The notes: generated by a model not told the origin, from the letters alone. A DNA stretch of 38,771 nt from Octopus bimaculoides (GCF_001194135.2 NC_068983.1:151072263-151111033), one strand, 5' to 3'; shown: positions 13,217 to 24,734, counted from the stretch's first letter. Made by a program: numbers and translations.

Positions 13217-13300
13217 TTCGGAAGCCATGATAAAACTCCGAGTTTCCGATGTCGGGGTGGAAACCCACGCCGGCATCTCTTCAGTGATCAGGCCATCGAA
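13217..13300 (-). ncRNA. Type I hammerhead-ribozyme-like motif, possibly a Penelope-like element remnant, with non-canonical core
   Basis: Minus strand reads stem I 5' (UUCG-AU-GGCCUGAUCA), CUGAAGA, stem II GAUG..CAUC with internal hairpin, extra G, GAAA, stem III ACUCGGAGU, U, stem I 3' (UUAUCAUGGCUUCCGAA). Confidence 0.55.
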
Positions 13301-13625
13301 GATGGGTAAAGAAGTGGTAGATTGAGGAAGCCGAGAGAAAAGGAGTAACGAAAGAGGAAAAAGGGCAGCAGAAGAAGAATATCGTGGAGGTGAAAGGAGA
13401 TGAGTACCAGTTATACTTTGGAACGGTATATATTAGTGGTGCATTATAATAATGCTTCTTGATTTCGCCTTAATAGAAAGAATTGTGAGGGATTCATTGA
13501 AGTTATTGCAATTAATGTCTACGTTGGACTTACCGTCTACGCTTTTTCTACTCAAATATCGCTTGAACTGATAGAAGAAGCAGATTAACATCCCTCAAAT
13601 TACACCCAAACATTTTTCATTTTTT

Positions 13626-13662
13626 ATGTTATTACTGGATCCTACTGATAAATTTGTCACTT
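13626..13662 (-). repeat. Perfect 37-bp inverted repeat, right arm
   Basis: Exact reverse complement of 11779-11815. Confidence 0.97.
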
Positions 13663-13851
13663 AAAAGAAACTTAAAAGAAACGAAACTATATAAGAACGA
13701 TAAAGAGGTGGAGAAACAGAAAGCAGATGTGATAGACAAACATGGAGAATGTAGTCACTGACATTTATAACGACAGGGTGATCATAGATGGAACGGTGAT
13801 GGTCATAAAAGATAGGATAAAGATACTTCCCGATTCAAGTCATATAGACTC

Positions 13852-14052
13852 ATGGGGCCATTTTCCGGTTTCCTCGTTTCCTGGACGGGACGACGGTCCA
13901 TCGCAGGATAACTCTTTTTTGTCAGATGAGTGAACTGGAGCAACATGAAATGAAGTGTTATGCTCAAGAGCACAACGCGACTCCCTTTTCAGGGATCGAA
14001 ACTACAATCTTGCGTTCATGAGTTCAACACTCTAGTCACTAAGCCATGCCCC
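13852..14052 (-). mobile_element. SINE family 2 (tRNA head + Meta-like domain), tail variant B
   Basis: RC reads GGCATGGCTTAGTGACTAGAG...GTTTCGATCCC...TTGTGCTCTTGAGCATAACACTTCATTTCATGTTGCTCCAG, then CCTGCGATGGACC...CCCGTCCAGG. Confidence 0.75.
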
Positions 14053-14446
14053 TCCACATTGTTGATCATAAATTTCCTCAGTTCGGACCGACTTGAGCTT
14101 TGCTGAACCACTGATAACTGCCGACCTGTCGGGTTGTTATCCTTTGGTGTATCAGCCTGATGCAAGCTTATAAAATTTATAATAGCGGCTCCAACTCCAA
14201 GTTCTAGGGATACCAAATGGTCCACAAAAGCAGTAAAAGGGTGAGGGTCTATGTGCAGTATTCAAAATTTGAAAGAACGCCAATGTAAAGTGTGTATGGT
14301 TTATTTACTTAAATCATTGAACTGAGAAATTAAATAGGCAAACGATTTCGTTGAAAGATAATTCATTCAAATTGTTGAATTCACAAGAATTCGTGGGAAA
14401 ATTCATTTGAATAAAAGGGATCTTTATGGATCAATTGGGAATAACT

Positions 14447-14625
14447 GAGAAAGCCACAAATTTAGGATGACGGGTACAATGTTTCACCTCCCAGTATTTG
14501 ACAAGTATTTTATCATAACAACCTTGTAAGGCTGAAAAGCAGAGTCAACCCCGGTGGGATTTGAATGTAGATGTTAAACGGGCGAAACTAAGAACCGCAA
14601 GACATTTTCCTATTTTTCAACCGAT
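14447..14625 (-). mobile_element. Degenerate SINE family 3
   Basis: RC has ATTCAAATCCCACCGGGGTTGACTCTGCTTTTCAGCC...TCAAATACTGGGAGG...CCTAAATTTGTGGC. Confidence 0.6.
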
Positions 14626-15099
14626 TATACTAATCTATTTTCCTCGTGTATTTATAATATTGGTCAAAGAAACTCCTGATCTATGTAACCTTGCTACTAT
14701 ATGAATGTGAAACATACTGCCCTAAATGCTAGGGCATAAAAATGTGGCCCCGTTTTAAAGGTATCGAATAAACTGATGATGGAATTTTTACTGTTGCTAG
14801 AGTCGATGCAAAGGCTATGAAGCATCTACCTTTAATTGACGTCTTGTAGTGCAACCTTAGACAGCGCTGACCAAACTGGACAAACGTCTACCTACGATGC
14901 AAAACAAATTCAGCAGGTTTTCTATTCCTCCATTTGTGTGAAGACGACACAGTCCCGCGTCCGGTTTAACAACACCACGTGATCCTTAGGTGCTTTTAGC
15001 AGGGATGACTTTGTTGCAAGCGTTCAGATCTAATCTGCGATCTGTGAATAACATTCTTTCAAAAGTCTCGGAAATCCTAAAGAGGATAATGGGTGTTAT

Positions 15100-15112
15100 T
15101 TCTCTCTGTCTC

Positions 15113-15173
<61 letters not shown>

Positions 15174-15175
15174 TT
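15100..15175. repeat. (TCTG)n(TC)n microsatellite
   Basis: Directly visible. Confidence 0.95.
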
Positions 15176-15354
15176 CCGACTAAAAAAGAAAAGAAGAGCT
15201 AATAATACACTGTGGTCTGGTTTATCATTTGATGTATTGTATGACATTGAGACTACGTTGTATTTTGAGTGTTTGTCAGGTGGTTATTTTGCGCGAATTA
15301 TTATTGTTGTTGTTCTTGACGATGTTGGTTGTTCTGTGCGTTATACGATGTTGA

Positions 15355-15482
15355 AGGAGGAAGAGGGGAAGAAGAAGTAGAAGAAGAAGTAGAAGAAGAA
15401 GAAGAAGAAGAAGAAGAAGAAGAAAAAGAAGAAGAAGAAAAAGAAGAAGAAGAAGAAGAAGAAGAAGAAGAAGAAGAAGGAA
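15355..15482. repeat. (GAA)n trinucleotide tract heading a purine-rich low-complexity region to ~16060
   Basis: Directly visible; explains the poly-E and poly-L pseudo-ORFs. Confidence 0.95.
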
Positions 15483-16132
15483 ATAATGATGGTGGTAACG
15501 ACGATCATGATGATGAAGCAATTAGTAAAAATAAAATAGTAAACAATGAAGCGATGTAATGGAGTAAGAATAAAAAGAAAGCAAAATTAAATGTGAGTAA
15601 AATAATTAAGGGAGGAGCGGGGAAGACGGAGGGTAAGGACAGAGAAGAAAATGAAAATAAGACGACGAGAAGTAACAGAAAGAAAGGAATGAAATAAGTA
15701 GATATAAAGAAATCTGAAGAAGTAAAAGAAAACAACAAACAAGAAAAAGGAAATAGAAAAAATAACAAAGTAAAAGAAGAACAAGAAAATAACGGATAAA
15801 ATGGGAAAAAAGTGAAACAATAAATAAATAAACAAATAGATAAATAAATAATGCAAACACAAACAGTAGCAACAACAATATCAACAACGGTGAAGCGGAA
15901 GAAGTACAAGATAAAGACAGCTTGAATAACATGTGAAGTGACCAATGTGTTAATTTAGGAAATAACAGCAAGAAATAAAAGAAGAGGAAATGATGAAGAA
16001 TATAGGAAAAAATAAAATTGAAAAATAAAAAGAAAGAAAAAAAGGGAAGTAACTTGGAAGAACCTTACAAGAAACTGTAGTGTAAGAGAACTGGTAATAT
16101 GACTAACGATTTGTATTGCTTTCTTATGTAAC

Positions 16133-16306
16133 AGGCGTAGGAGTGGCTTTGTGGTAAGTAGCTTGCTTATCAACCAAATGGTTCCGGATTCAGTCCTACT
16201 GCGTGGCACCTTGGGCAAGTGTCTTCTACTATAGCCTCGGGTCGACGAAAGCCTTGTGAGTGGATTTGGTAGACGGAAACTGAAAGCAGCCCGTCGTATA
16301 TATGTA
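16133..16306 (+). mobile_element. SINE family 1, 5' half; its internal microsatellite runs into the gap
   Basis: High identity to 22297 and to the RC of 26750-27156. Confidence 0.9.
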
Positions 16307-16992
16307 NNNNNNNNNNNNNNNNNNNNNNNNNNNNNNNNNNNNNNNNNNNNNNNNNNNNNNNNNNNNNNNNNNNNNNNNNNNNNNNNNNNNNNNNNNNNNN
16401 NNNNNNNNNNNNNNNNNNNNNNNNNNNNNNNNNNNNNNNNNNNNNNNNNNNNNNNNNNNNNNNNNNNNNNNNNNNNNNNNNNNNNNNNNNNNNNNNNNNN
16501 NNNNNNNNNNNNNNNNNNNNNNNNNNNNNNNNNNNNNNNNNNNNNNNNNNNNNNNNNNNNNNNNNNNNNNNNNNNNNNNNNNNNNNNNNNNNNNNNNNNN
16601 NNNNNNNNNNNNNNNNNNNNNNNNNNNNNNNNNNNNNNNNNNNNNNNNNNNNNNNNNNNNNNNNNNNNNNNNNNNNNNNNNNNNNNNNNNNNNNNNNNNN
16701 NNNNNNNNNNNNNNNNNNNNNNNNNNNNNNNNNNNNNNNNNNNNNNNNNNNNNNNNNNNNNNNNNNNNNNNNNNNNNNNNNNNNNNNNNNNNNNNNNNNN
16801 NNNNNNNNNNNNNNNNNNNNNNNNNNNNNNNNNNNNNNNNNNNNNNNNNNNNNNNNNNNNNNNNNNNNNNNNNNNNNNNNNNNNNNNNNNNNNNNNNNNN
16901 NNNNNNNNNNNNNNNNNNNNNNNNNNNNNNNNNNNNNNGGGAGAACACTTCGTAGAGGGTTACAGTAATTCATATATTAATTTTTTGAAGGA

Positions 16993-17220
16993 GGCAGTGA
17001 GCTAGCAACATCGTTAGCACACACCGGGCAAAATGCTTAACGATATTTCGTCTTTATGTTCTGAATTCAAATTCCGCCGAGGTCGACTTTACCTTTCATC
17101 CCTTCGTGGCCGATAAATTAAGTACCAGTTGTGTGCTGGGGTCGATCTAATCGACTGCAACGCCCCCCCTTCCAGCCTCCCACAAAATTTTGGGCCTAAT
17201 GCCGAGAGTAGTAAAGAATA
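16993..17220 (+). mobile_element. SINE family 3, first unit of a tandem pair
   Basis: Full head, central domain and tail. Confidence 0.85.
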
Positions 17221-17238
17221 TATTAATTTTTTGAAGAA

Positions 17239-17445
17239 GGCAGCGAGCTGGCAACACCGTTAGCACACACCAGGCAAAATGCTTAACGATATTTCGTCTT
17301 TATGTTCTGAGTTCAAATTTCGCCGAGGTTGTCTTTGCCCTTTATCTCTTCGGATTCGATGAAATAAGTACAGTTGAGCACTGGGGTCGATGCTATCGAC
17401 TACCCGCTAAATTCTAGGCTTGTGCCTATAGCATAAAGGAACAGA
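17239..17445 (+). mobile_element. SINE family 3, second unit of a tandem pair
   Basis: Shares diagnostic TAGCACACACC and AACGATATTTCGTCTTTATG and the upstream flank with 16993. Confidence 0.85.
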
Positions 17446-17470
17446 TTAACTTTGAAGAGCGGGGTCTCAA

Positions 17471-17660
17471 GCATAGCTGTGTGTTTAAGAAGCTTGATTT
17501 GCGACCACATGATTTCGGGTTCAATCCCACTTAGTTGCATTTTAGGCAAATGCTTTTGCCGGGCAAAATCCTTAGTGGCATTTTGCCCGACTGTACGTTC
17601 TGAGTTCAAATTCTGCCTTTCATTCTATCGAGGTCGATAAAATAATTAGCAGTCGAACAC
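17471..17660 (+). mobile_element. Chimeric SINE: family 1 head joined to family 3 body
   Basis: 17471-17555 aligns to the family 1 head; 17557-17660 aligns to family 3 from GCCGGGCAAAAT onward. Confidence 0.65.
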
Positions 17661-18010
17661 TACTTGTTACATAAATACATAGCACCACTTTATTATGAAA
17701 CGTTCGTAGTTCGTGTTTAATTCCTTAGTATTAAAACTATATATATATTCACATTTTTAGCAACTCTACTTGGTAAACTGTGAGTTGTATGATGAGCATC
17801 AGCTTATCGAAATTCCTTTTAATTTCAGCATGAATCGAAATGTGTAATATGATGTTAATCATCTTGTTTTATCGTATATTGTCCACCTTTTCTCATCTGT
17901 ACAAGCCATATAAATATTCGAAGCTTATTAACTTCACACACTTGACCGTATGATAGCGTCTTATCAAATGAGATCTATATATCCTAAATTTGCAAAAGAA
18001 TTTGTTGTTG

Positions 18011-18090
18011 GGGCAGTTTAGTTTAAAGGTAGAGCACTGCGACGCGTAATCATAGGGGTATGAGTTCGAGTCTCATGGATGGTCGCTGAC
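18011..18090 (+). mobile_element. Isolated tRNA-like SINE head (not a tRNA gene)
   Basis: A-box-like TAGTTTAAAGGTAGAGC and perfect T-arm ATGAG-TTCGAGT-CTCAT, but no anticodon or acceptor stem pairing. Confidence 0.55.
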
Positions 18091-18162
18091 ATATTTTTCT
18101 GCAAAATATAGGTAGTTTATCCTGTTCGTGCTATACTATTAACATTATCCTGCGTTTGAGAA

Positions 18163-18461
18163 GCGCGCATGGCTCAATGGTTAGAGCGTCGAACTTACGA
18201 TCGTGAGATTGTGAGTTCGAATCCCGGACCGGGCTGCGTGTTGTGTTCTTGAGCAACACACTTTATTTCACGTTGCTCCAGTTTACTCAGCTGTAGAAAT
18301 CAGTTGCGACGTCACAAGTACCAAACTGTTGGCGTGGAGAAGGGAGGCCGGTATGCATGAGCGACTGCTGGTCTTCCATAAACAACCTTGCCCGGACTTG
18401 TGCCTGGGAGGGTAACTTTCTAGGTGCAATCCCATGGTCAGTCATCACCGAAGGGGGTCTC
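18163..18461 (+). mobile_element. SINE family 2 (tRNA head + Meta-like domain), tail variant A
   Basis: TGGCTCAATGG A-box, GTTCGAATCC B-box, GTTGTGTTCTTGAGCAACACACTTTATTTCACGTTGCTCCAG domain. Confidence 0.82.
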
Positions 18462-18488
18462 AGCGTTTGAGAATAAAAATTACTTCCT

Positions 18489-18523
<35 letters not shown>

Positions 18524-19916
18524 NNNNNNNNNNNNNNNNNNNNNNNNNNNNNNNNNNNNNNNNNNNNNNNNNNNNNNNNNNNNNNNNNNNNNNNNNNNNN
18601 NNNNNNNNNNNNNNNNNNNNNNNNNNNNNNNNNNNNNNNNNNNNNNNNNNNNNNNNNNNNNNNNNNNNNNNNNNNNNNNNNNNNNNNNNNNNNNNNNNNN
18701 NNNNNNNNNNNNNNNNNNNNNNNNNNNNNNNNNNNNNNNNNNNNNNNNNNNNNNNNNNNNNNNNNNNNNNNNNNNNNNNNNNNNNNNNNNNNNNNNNNNN
18801 NNNNNNNNNNNNNNNNNNNNNNNNNNNNNNNNNNNNNNNNNNNNNNNNNNNNNNNNNNNNNNNNNNNNNNNNNNNNNNNNNNNNNNNNNNNNNNNNNNNN
18901 NNNNNNNNNNNNNNNNNNNNNNNNNNNNNNNNNNNNNNNNNNNNNNNNNNNNNNNNNNNNNNNNNNNNNNNNNNNNNNNNNNNNNNNNNNNNNNNNNNNN
19001 NNNNNNNNNNNNNNNNNNNNNNNNNNNNNNNNNNNNNNNNNNNNNNNNNNNNNNNNNNNNNNNNNNNNNNNNNNNNNNNNNNNNNNNNNNNNNNNNNNNN
19101 NNNNNNNNNNNNNNNNNNNNNNTATAGTGTGTGTGTGTGTGTACGTACACTTACACATAACATACATATATATCTTCTGACTTCGACTAATTTCAAAGAC
19201 AGAAAAAGAGAGGAGAGAGAAGACATTCTTGTTTTACTTATTGTTAATGTTGTTAATGCTAATATTGGTGTCATTGGTGCTGTTACTGTTGTTATTGTTA
19301 TTGCTGATTGTCGTTTTATTTCCTTTCACTTTCTCAATGATGTTTGAACTTTGTTTATAGCTTTATCCAGATCCAATCCCTTGCTTTAACTTCTTTTATA
19401 TCCGGCAAATAGATAATCCAAACGAAGCCAGTCGTACACGTTTCTCTTTGAAGACCGCACCAACTAAATCCTGTACCATCAACTCCCCCTCTCCCTCACA
19501 CACACACACACACACATACACACACACAACTCACTAAAAAATCTCTTAACTAAACTGAACTAACTCCCATACATGGCTTCAATTTATTTCTTTATTTAGT
19601 TGTTTTTGTTTGTCTTACCTTCTTCGTGTTTTATTGTTTATTCTACATATTTCGGGATCGTTAGTTCGTCCGTCATTTGTCGCTGTTTCCTGCCGAGTCA
19701 ATTGACACTGAATCTTTTCCACACACACACACACACACACTGACATCCCAATGATTAAATCCTCTTTGCGTTGTAAATAGATGCTACGTGAAGGTACGGC
19801 TCAAATACTATTTATATCCCTCGGATATATGAGTGAAATTGTGATATTATGCAGCAATGAACTTGTATGTAGAAACTTAGCTTCAATTGCATTCGCTATA
19901 GCGTAAATGATTAAAA

Positions 19917-20090
19917 GCGGCGAGCTGGCAGTGTCATCACGTTCTGAGTTCAAATTCTGCCGAGGTTCACTTTACCTTTCGCACTTTGGGGGTTGGTAAA
20001 ATAAGCAGCAGTTAAGCATTAGTGTCGATGTGTTCGACTTTCCCACAACTCCGAACGTGTTAGCCTTGTCCCAAAATTTGAAATCAATAT
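19917..20090 (+). mobile_element. SINE family 3 with internal deletion in the head
   Basis: GCGGCGAGCTGGCAG...TTCTGAGTTCAAATTCTGCCGAGG...CCAAAATTTGAAATC. Confidence 0.78.
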
Positions 20091-20106
20091 CGTGTAAATG
20101 ATTTCT

Positions 20107-20138
<32 letters not shown>

Positions 20139-21352
20139 NNNNNNNNNNNNNNNNNNNNNNNNNNNNNNNNNNNNNNNNNNNNNNNNNNNNNNNNNNNNNN
20201 NNNNNNNNNNNNNNNNNNNNNNNNNNNNNNNNNNNNNNNNNNNNNNNNNNNNNNNNNNNNNNNNNNNNNNNNNNNNNNNNNNNNNNNNNNNNNNNNNNNN
20301 NNNNNNNNNNNNNNNNNNNNNNNNNNNNNNNNNNNNNNNNNNNNNNNNNNNNNNNNNNNNNNNNNNNNNNNNNNNNNNNNNNNNNNNNNNNNNNNNNNNN
20401 NNNNNNNNNNNNNNNNNNNNNNNNNNNNNNNNNNNNNNNNNNNNNNNNNNNNNNNNNNNNNNNNNNNNNNNNNNNNNNNNNNNNNNNNNNNNNNNNNNNN
20501 NNNNNNNNNNNNNNNNNNNNNNNNNNNNNNNNNNNNNNNNNNNNNNNNNNNNNNNNNNNNNNNNNNNNNNNNNNNNNNNNNNNNNNNNNNNNNNNNNNNN
20601 NNNNNNNNNNNNNNNNNNNNNNNNNNNNNNNNNNNNNNNNNNNNNNNNNNNNNNNNNNNNNNNNNNNNNNNNNNNNNNNNNNNNNNNNNNNNNNNNNNNN
20701 NNNNNNNNNNNNNNNNNNNNNNNNNNNNNNNNNNNNNNNNNNNNNNNNNNNNNNNNNNNNNNNNNNNNNNNNNNNNNNNNNNNNNNNNNNNNNNNNNNNN
20801 NNNNNNNNNNNNNNNNNNNNNNNNNNNNNNNNNNNNNNNNNNNNNNNNNNNNNNNNNNNNNNNNNNNNNNNNNNNNNNNNNNNNNNNNNNNNNNNNNNNN
20901 NNNNNNNNNNNNNNNNNNNNNNNNNNNNNNNNNNNNNNNNNNNNNNNNNNNNNNNNNNNNNNNNNNNNNNNNNNNNNNNNNNNNNNNNNNNNNNNNNNNN
21001 NNNNNNNNNNNNNNNNNNNNNNNNNNNNNNNNATATATATATATATATATATATATATAAATGCATACAGTGTACATTTAAACACATAAGAGAGATATCC
21101 ATAATAGGACATCTAACCCGCTAGAAGGAGCAGTCAAACTCCAAACCACAATTAGGGATAATTTCGAAAGGGAATGAAAAATAAAATCATTTACCATCTT
21201 TTTCCTGAACCAAGATTTCAAGCTATCTTTAGCAAAATAAAATAAAATAATTTGCAAGGCTAGCTATCATCAGCAGGAAAGCCAAAATCAACACATAGAT
21301 TTGTTAATAATGATATATACATACATATATATACATACATATGTATAAATAA

Positions 21353-21389
<37 letters not shown>

Positions 21390-22296
21390 TGTAGTTCGAC
21401 TCTATATTAACCTCATATTTCAATTTAAAGTTAGAACCAAAATTAAGTTTCAGATATTTAGTTTTGTAATCGATATTGCGAATTTGAAACCCTTTAGCTT
21501 CAGTAGTTATTCAGACACTCAACGAAGTTGAAAAATGAAACATGCCATCTCCTGTCTAACAACTATGCTTAGCCCTTGGGTGACGTTAGCAACGGTTTTG
21601 ATGTAACATTCATGGTGTTGTTAGCAACACTTTCTGTGTTGTAACCGTTCATATCAGGGTTAACGACCGGTTATTTTCCACCTAAATTCTGCAGATATTG
21701 TCGCATGTAGATATTCAGGTTATATGCCAGTAACATCAATGTATAAATCTTTCCCCTGACGAATTCATAAACAAGCAGCACTGTCTCTCTTTTTCCTTTT
21801 TTCTCTTTCTTTTCTTTCTTTGCCATTCATTCACTTTCTCTCTCTTTCTTATGCAATTCTCTTTATTTACTTTCTCTCTCTCTTTCTTATAACTACAGGT
21901 TATGAGAAAGAACGAGAGAGAGCAAACCCACAATTCATATGTATATATATATATATATNNNNNNNNNNNNNNNNNNNNNNNNNNNNNNNNNNNNNNNNNN
22001 NNNNNNNNNNNNNNNNNNNNNNNNNNNNNNNNNNNNNNNNNNNNNNNNNNNNNNNNNNNNNNNNNNNNNNNNNNNNNNNNNNNNNNNNNNNNNNNNNNNN
22101 NNNNNNNNNNNNNNNNNNNNNNNNNNNNNNNNNNNNNNNNNNNNNNNNNNNNNNNNNNNNNNNNNNNNNNNNNNNNNNNNNNNNNNNNNNNNNNNNNNNN
22201 NNNNNNNNNNNNNNNNNNNNNNNNNNNNNNNNNNNNNNNNNNNNNNNNNNNNNNNNNNNNNNNNNNNNNNNNNNNNNNNNNNTATATATTATATAT

Positions 22297-22453
22297 AGGA
22301 GTGGCTGTGTGGTAAGTAGCTTGCTTACCAACCACATGGTCCCGGGTTCAGTCCCACTGCGTAGCACCTTGGGTAAGTGTCTTCTACCGACCAAAGCCGA
22401 CCAAAGCCTTGTGAGTGGATTTGTTAGACGGAAACTGAAAGAAGCCCGTCGTA

Positions 22454-22496
<43 letters not shown>

Positions 22497-22708
22497 TTGT
22501 GTGTCTGTGTTTGTCCCCCCAACATCGCTTGATAACCGATGCTGGTGTGTTTATGTCCCCGTAACTTAGCGGTTCGGCAAAAGCGACAGATAGAATAAGT
22601 ACTAGGCTTCTAAAGAATAAGTCCTAGGGTCGATTTGCTCGACTAAAGGCGGTGCTCCAGCATGGCCACAGTCAAAAGACTGAAACAAGTAAAAGAAAAA
22701 TAAAAGAA
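22297..22708 (+). mobile_element. SINE family 1, full length, young
   Basis: All modules present; small internal duplication CCGACCAAAG; (TA)n on both sides. Confidence 0.92.
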
Positions 22709-23651
22709 ATATATATATATATAATTTATTCTTACAGAAGGCATAAATACACAAGCAAGCGAACAATTCTTAAATACCTTCTTTTCTTTCGTATTAGCAC
22801 AAAAATATATTTATTTTCATCAATTTGAGCATTGCACCAACTTTATAGAAAAAGCTACTGGAATAAAAATGTTGATTTAAGAAAATATCGTGAACGTCAT
22901 CATCTTTCAGTGTAGTTTTACGATTTTATATCTTTCTCATCAACATATATTCATGGCTATAAATTTAACCTGCCAGGGCGAAATAGTTGTCAGCGAAGAC
23001 TGTGGTCAATGTCCCTTTTTTTCATGGCTACCTTACAAAGGGGAATGCAAACTGTACTTGAACCAGGGTAGGTACATTGGATTGGTTAGGGGTGTGACGG
23101 CGCCGGATCACAAAAATAAATTTGTCTTTTATAAACAAATTGGTCTGCCGAAAAAAAAAACCTAATTCCAATACATTACTACTACTACTACTACGTATCG
23201 CCCTTACCACTCCACACTGCGTAGTCCCCACGAGACCATCGGTCGTTTCTCACTAGTCCCTCATCTCTAACTCACAATCTGTCGACAGATTAATAATAAT
23301 ATGTTTGTAATCTGACTCTTAGACACTTGTGAAAGCATCAACATTGCTCCGAGAAACTGCCCCATCTTATATAGCATATAGCATTCTTTATCCACTTCTA
23401 TCTTTCTATAAAAAAGATCCTCCACCCTGACCCTTCCTCAATCATCATATTCGGACTATCTTATTGCTTATACATACAACTATTTCAACAACGAAGGACT
23501 CTTTCATACACACACACTCACACACATACATATATGTGCATGTGTATCTGTGTATCTATATATGTATATATATGTAATTAAAATAATTTAAATGATCTGA
23601 TAAGCTTGGCCTGCCTTAGTTTTGATTGCCTTTTCTTTTAATATATATATA

Positions 23652-23695
23652 TCCTTTATCTTTTACTTGTTTCAATCATTTGACTGCGGCCATAC
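23652..23695 (-). mobile_element. SINE family 1, 3' tail fragment
   Basis: RC ATGGCCGCAGTCAAATGATTGAAACAAGTAAAAGA. Confidence 0.7.
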
Positions 23696-24159
23696 AGATG
23701 TATCTATTAATCTCTCTCTCAGTCTTTATATATATATATATATATATNNNNNNNNNNNNNNNNNNNNNNNNNNNNNNNNNNNNNNNNNNNNNNNNNNNNN
23801 NNNNNNNNNNNNNNNNNNNNNNNNNNNNNNNNNNNNNNNNNNNNNNNNNNNNNNNNNNNNNNNNNNNNNNTTTTTCTTCCTATGCTGGCACTAGATTTTA
23901 GCTCTATTTAGAATAAAGATCTTATCCTTATTTATATAGATATTTTAAATATATATATTCGGATAGAATAAATGGGTTAATAGAAACCAAGGTAGCAAAG
24001 GTCACAAAATAACTGTGGTGTATTCCTGTTAGTGAGGAGAAACTCCTTGATATTTTGGGTATTTGAGTATATATAAAAATTTAAGGAATGGAGTAAACGC
24101 ATGTTATAACTGCATACTTTATTCCGACATATGTTTCGAAGAATTACAATTTATACGGA

Positions 24160-24339
<180 letters not shown>

Positions 24340-24423
24340 GATAGGTAGATAATGTGCATTTATACATTCATACACACGTATAGGCATCCACACAAATACA
24401 CATATACAAAGACAGACACAGAA

Positions 24424-24480
<57 letters not shown>

Positions 24481-24525
24481 GAGAGAAAGAGAAAGAGAGA
24501 AGAGGAAGATAAAAGTTCTGAATGA

Positions 24526-24592
24526 AGCTGTCTGGTTATGAGGATTGCTTCCCAACCTTGTGGCACTTAGTTCAATACTCCTGCGTGGTATC
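24526..24592 (+). mobile_element. SINE family 1 head, degenerate
   Basis: GCTGTCTGGTTATGAGGATTGCTTCCCAACC...GTTCAATAC...TGCGTGG. Confidence 0.5.
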
Positions 24593-24734
24593 TGAAATAT
24601 GTAGGTTCGAAAAGTAAGGTTCTGTTACAAATTTGAACATTCCCATTGGTTGATCAAAGTAACCGACATTTCAGTAACCGAATTTAGAGTGTAAGCGGTT
24701 GTATATTCCGAAGCATTTCGCTATTTTCTGTAAT

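Noticed and set aside
431-15720. Other CTGANGA hits (441 minus, 2700, 6224, 11114, 12913, 14088 minus, 14774, 15713)
   Set aside because: None has a stem II followed by GAAA, so they are not hammerheads.
16939-17660. Regularly spaced repeats superficially like a CRISPR array
   Set aside because: Units are about 246-bp SINE copies in eukaryotic DNA, with no short repeat-spacer structure and no cas genes.
18011-18235. tRNA-like sequences at 18011 and 18163 (also 30806)
   Set aside because: Acceptor and anticodon stems do not pair and SINE bodies follow two of them; they are SINE heads, not tRNA genes.
22890-23165. 91-aa ORF with Cys residues in unique sequence
   Set aside because: No recognisable domain, non-ATG start, no convincing splice signals.
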